NCBI GenBank assembly: GCA_016192205.1
Contig: JACPUP010000029.1
Location: 1-55,578 of the forward strand
Direction of reading: 5' to 3'
Origin: Candidatus Kerfeldbacteria bacterium
GTDB lineage: Bacteria > Patescibacteriota > Patescibacteriia > SBBC01 > JACPUP01
DNA: 55,578 bases
Shown here: positions 53,533 through 55,578 of the stretch, in pieces
Numbering within the stretch: the first letter of the stretch is position 1
How the letters are laid out: each line of letters begins with the position of its first letter
Position numbers and translations under genes: made by a program
Notes under the pieces: model-generated
Database searches by the model: none
The model's input: the letters and a program-made list of their open reading frames with translations, nothing else
What the model was told of the DNA's origin: nothing

Positions 53533-55302
53533 ATGATTGCCCACGTTGTCCCAGCACTCGCGCTCCCGCGGTCCATGGGGATCTTTGACTACACCGTCCC
53601 GGCTGGGGTCACGGTCGCCCCTGGTGATCGAGTGCGGATCCCATTCCGCCGCCGCGTGGTCTTGGGCGTGGTCTGGGACGTCCGACCATCGTCGTCCATT
53701 GACCCACGGCGCCTCCGACCGCTCCTCGCCGAGACGCCTCGCGCGCCAGTCTTTTCCCCATCGCACCGTTCGTATTTCTCCTGGATTGCGGAACGCTACG
53801 CCGTTTCATTGGGCCTGATCGTGAAAACCGCACTGGCGTTCAGTGCCCCTCTGAACCTCCAGCAAAAAATCGCCAACCCACAACCGCCCCGGACCGACAT
53901 TCCCCTCCAGCCGGGACAGTTGACACTCGTGACGTTCGACCGTTACCGACAGCGGGACGCGATCCTGTCAACGCTGGCGACGGCTTCGGGGAAACGATCA
54001 ATCGCCCTGGTCGTCCCCGAGCGCAACCGTCTCAACGCTCTGGCCACCATGTTCCCGCACGCGGTGGTCGTACACAGTGGACTGACGGCCCGGCAGCGAG
54101 CGGCGACCGTGAACGGGCTGCCTACCGCGCGGGTCATCATTGGTACGCGCCTGCTCCTGCTCACGCCGCTGCCCGACCTCGGGCTCATCGTCCTCGACGA
54201 TGAGGAAAACGAACAGCACAAGCAACGTGACCTCCAGCCGCGGTTCACGAGCCAAGCCCTCGCGACCACCTGGATCCGCCAACAACAGATCCCGTTGCTC
54301 GCCCTGTCCCCGGCCCCGACCTTAGCGACGTTCCACACTGCGCGCACCCACCGCGGGTACGTGCATCAACCAGCGCGAAAGCCAACGGTACAGCTCGTCG
54401 TCCCGGCGCAGACACGAAAGCAAACCGCACTCGAGCACACGCTCGTGACCTTCCTGGAGAATGCACGCCGCGACCACGCCCGGACCTTCGTGTTCCTTAA
54501 CCGTCGCGGCTTGGCGCGACGTGTCCAGTGCCCTGACTGCGGCTGGATAGCACGGTGTCCGGACTGCGGGACGGCCTTGACCCAGCACGCCGAGGCCTTG
54601 CGCTGCCCAACCTGCGGGTTCACGGGAGCCGCACCGACGCACTGTCCGGACTGCGGGAGTGCGACGCTCCGCGCGAGTGTGCCCGGCACCGCCGGACTCG
54701 AACGCATCATTGCACGCCGTTTTCCCGGACACGTCTCACGCCTCGACCGTGATGTCGATCAAGCTCCGGCTGCACCGATCTTGATTGGGACCGAGCGGGC
54801 CTTGTCGCGCTTAGCGAGCTTCGCGCCCCAGCGGGCGATCGTCCTTGGAACCGACGCGCTCTTCTCCCAGCCCAGCGCCCGAGCGGTCGAACGCGGCTTC
54901 CAGCTCCTGCGGCGCATCGCGGCCACGGACACGCTGGAATCCATGCTCATCGAAACGCGTGCGCCACGGCATGAGCTTTTTCAGCGATTCGCCTCGGGTG
55001 CGGTGGAGCTGTTTTTGGCCGGTGAATGGGAACGCCGCCGTGAGCTTGGGCTCGCGCCGGCTGCCCCCGCCGTCGTCTTCGAGCAACGCCGCACCACCGA
55101 CAGCGCCCTCCCCGCACTCCGCGCGTGGCTGACGGCCGCAGGCCTGCATCCGGACGAGCTCCGTGGTCCACTCGAGGCGTACATCGGACGCCGGAAAGTC
55201 CTGCGCTATCAGCTGACCGGCGAGGGTGCACACCGCATCCCTCCGACCGCATTGACAGCCCTGCCGGAATCCTGGATCATCGACCCAGACCCAGTGGGGT
55301 AA
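53533..55302 (+). CDS. priA: Primosomal protein N' (PriA)-like with degenerate helicase motifs
   Basis: PriA 3'-DNA-binding N-terminus (FDYTVP...GDRVRIPFRRRVVLGVV). Cys-rich region CPDCG...CPDCG...CPTCG...CPDCG. No GxGKT Walker A. DEEN replaces DEEH. Confidence 0.8.
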   Translation: MIAHVVPALALPRSMGIFDYTVPAGVTVAPGDRVRIPFRRRVVLGVVWDVRPSSSIDPRRLRPLLAETPRAPVFSPSHRSYFSWIAERYAVSLGLIVKTALAFSAPLNLQQKIANPQPPRTDIPLQPGQLTLVTFDRYRQRDAILSTLATASGKRSIALVVPERNRLNALATMFPHAVVVHSGLTARQRAATVNGLPTARVIIGTRLLLLTPLPDLGLIVLDDEENEQHKQRDLQPRFTSQALATTWIRQQQIPLLALSPAPTLATFHTARTHRGYVHQPARKPTVQLVVPAQTRKQTALEHTLVTFLENARRDHARTFVFLNRRGLARRVQCPDCGWIARCPDCGTALTQHAEALRCPTCGFTGAAPTHCPDCGSATLRASVPGTAGLERIIARRFPGHVSRLDRDVDQAPAAPILIGTERALSRLASFAPQRAIVLGTDALFSQPSARAVERGFQLLRRIAATDTLESMLIETRAPRHELFQRFASGAVELFLAGEWERRRELGLAPAAPAVVFEQRRTTDSALPALRAWLTAAGLHPDELRGPLEAYIGRRKVLRYQLTGEGAHRIPPTALTALPESWIIDPDPVG

Positions 55303-55312
55303 CCGTTTCGGC

Positions 55313-55578
55313 ATGGTCTACGACATCGTCACAAAAGAGAATGACGTGTTACGCCACAGAACCACACCAGTCAGCCTGGCGTTTCTCACGTCTCGCGAGG
55401 GGCAACGACTCATTGCCGACATGGTCGAAACGATGCGTGCCGCCAACGGCATCGGGTTGGCTGCACCGCAGATCGGCAAACCCATTCAGCTGGCCGTGAT
55501 CGCGTTCAAAGATCACGCGCTGACCATCGCCAACCCCGCTATCCGCCAACGCTCGTTCCGCAAGCAAACCGAGGAAGA
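55313..55578 (+). CDS. def: Peptide deformylase (5' part, runs off the window)
   Basis: Not in the ORF track because no stop falls inside the window. My translation is MVYDIVTKENDVLRHRTTPV...ANGIGLAAPQIGKPIQLAVI, containing motif 1 GIGLAAPQ. Confidence 0.88.
   Translation, partial: MVYDIVTKENDVLRHRTTPVSLAFLTSREGQRLIADMVETMRAANGIGLAAPQIGKPIQLAVIAFKDHALTIANPAIRQRSFRKQTEE

Overview
This is a high-GC, very gene-dense stretch of bacterial chromosome. I count 51 CDS, including two that are cut by the window edges. All are on the + strand except one 4.1-kb block at 47167-51277. I found no rRNA, tRNA, CRISPR array, transposase or integrase.

Content in order:
- agmatinase and secA
- an FG-GAP/YkuD L,D-transpeptidase behind a long structured leader
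- secDF
- a three-gene operon: a sigma-region-4/HARE-HTH protein, a membrane protein, and a VirD4/TraD-like ATPase with no TM segment
- mnmA and alaS
- the infA-rpmJ-rpsM-rpsK-rpsD-rpoA-rplQ-rplM-rpsI ribosomal block
- an ~11.7-kb Wzx/Wzy-type surface-glycan cluster that contains a DUF4012 protein and an extra MreB paralog
- holB, a 7-Asp-box propeller protein, frr, rseP and proS
- mreBCD-mrdA, greA, lysS and serS
- alr-ddl-ftsQ
- the inverted block: M23 peptidase, gltX, GT26 transferase, ligT
- a secreted repeat protein, a LigB-like protein, priA and the start of def

Several housekeeping proteins are missing domains: RpoA has no alpha-CTD, AlaRS has no C-Ala domain, ProRS has no INS editing domain, and PriA has degenerate helicase motifs. 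Together with DUF4012 and the sigma4-only protein, this suggests a Candidate Phyla Radiation / Patescibacteria-like genome. That placement is inference only.

The ORF track counts GTG and TTG as starts and often over-extends N-termini. I re-set starts using ATGA/TAATG overlaps and conserved N-terminal motifs.

Most interesting:
1. The operon at 8192-12409, a candidate orphan translocase/regulatory module.
2. A parvulin-like module inserted in SecD.
3. The translationally coupled DUF4012-MreB-GT4 trio inside the glycan locus.
4. RpoA without an alpha-CTD.
5. PriA without a Walker A motif.
6. A recurring GTGCTAYRCT extended -10 promoter motif, including a back-to-back pair of apparently leaderless promoters at 51279-51307.
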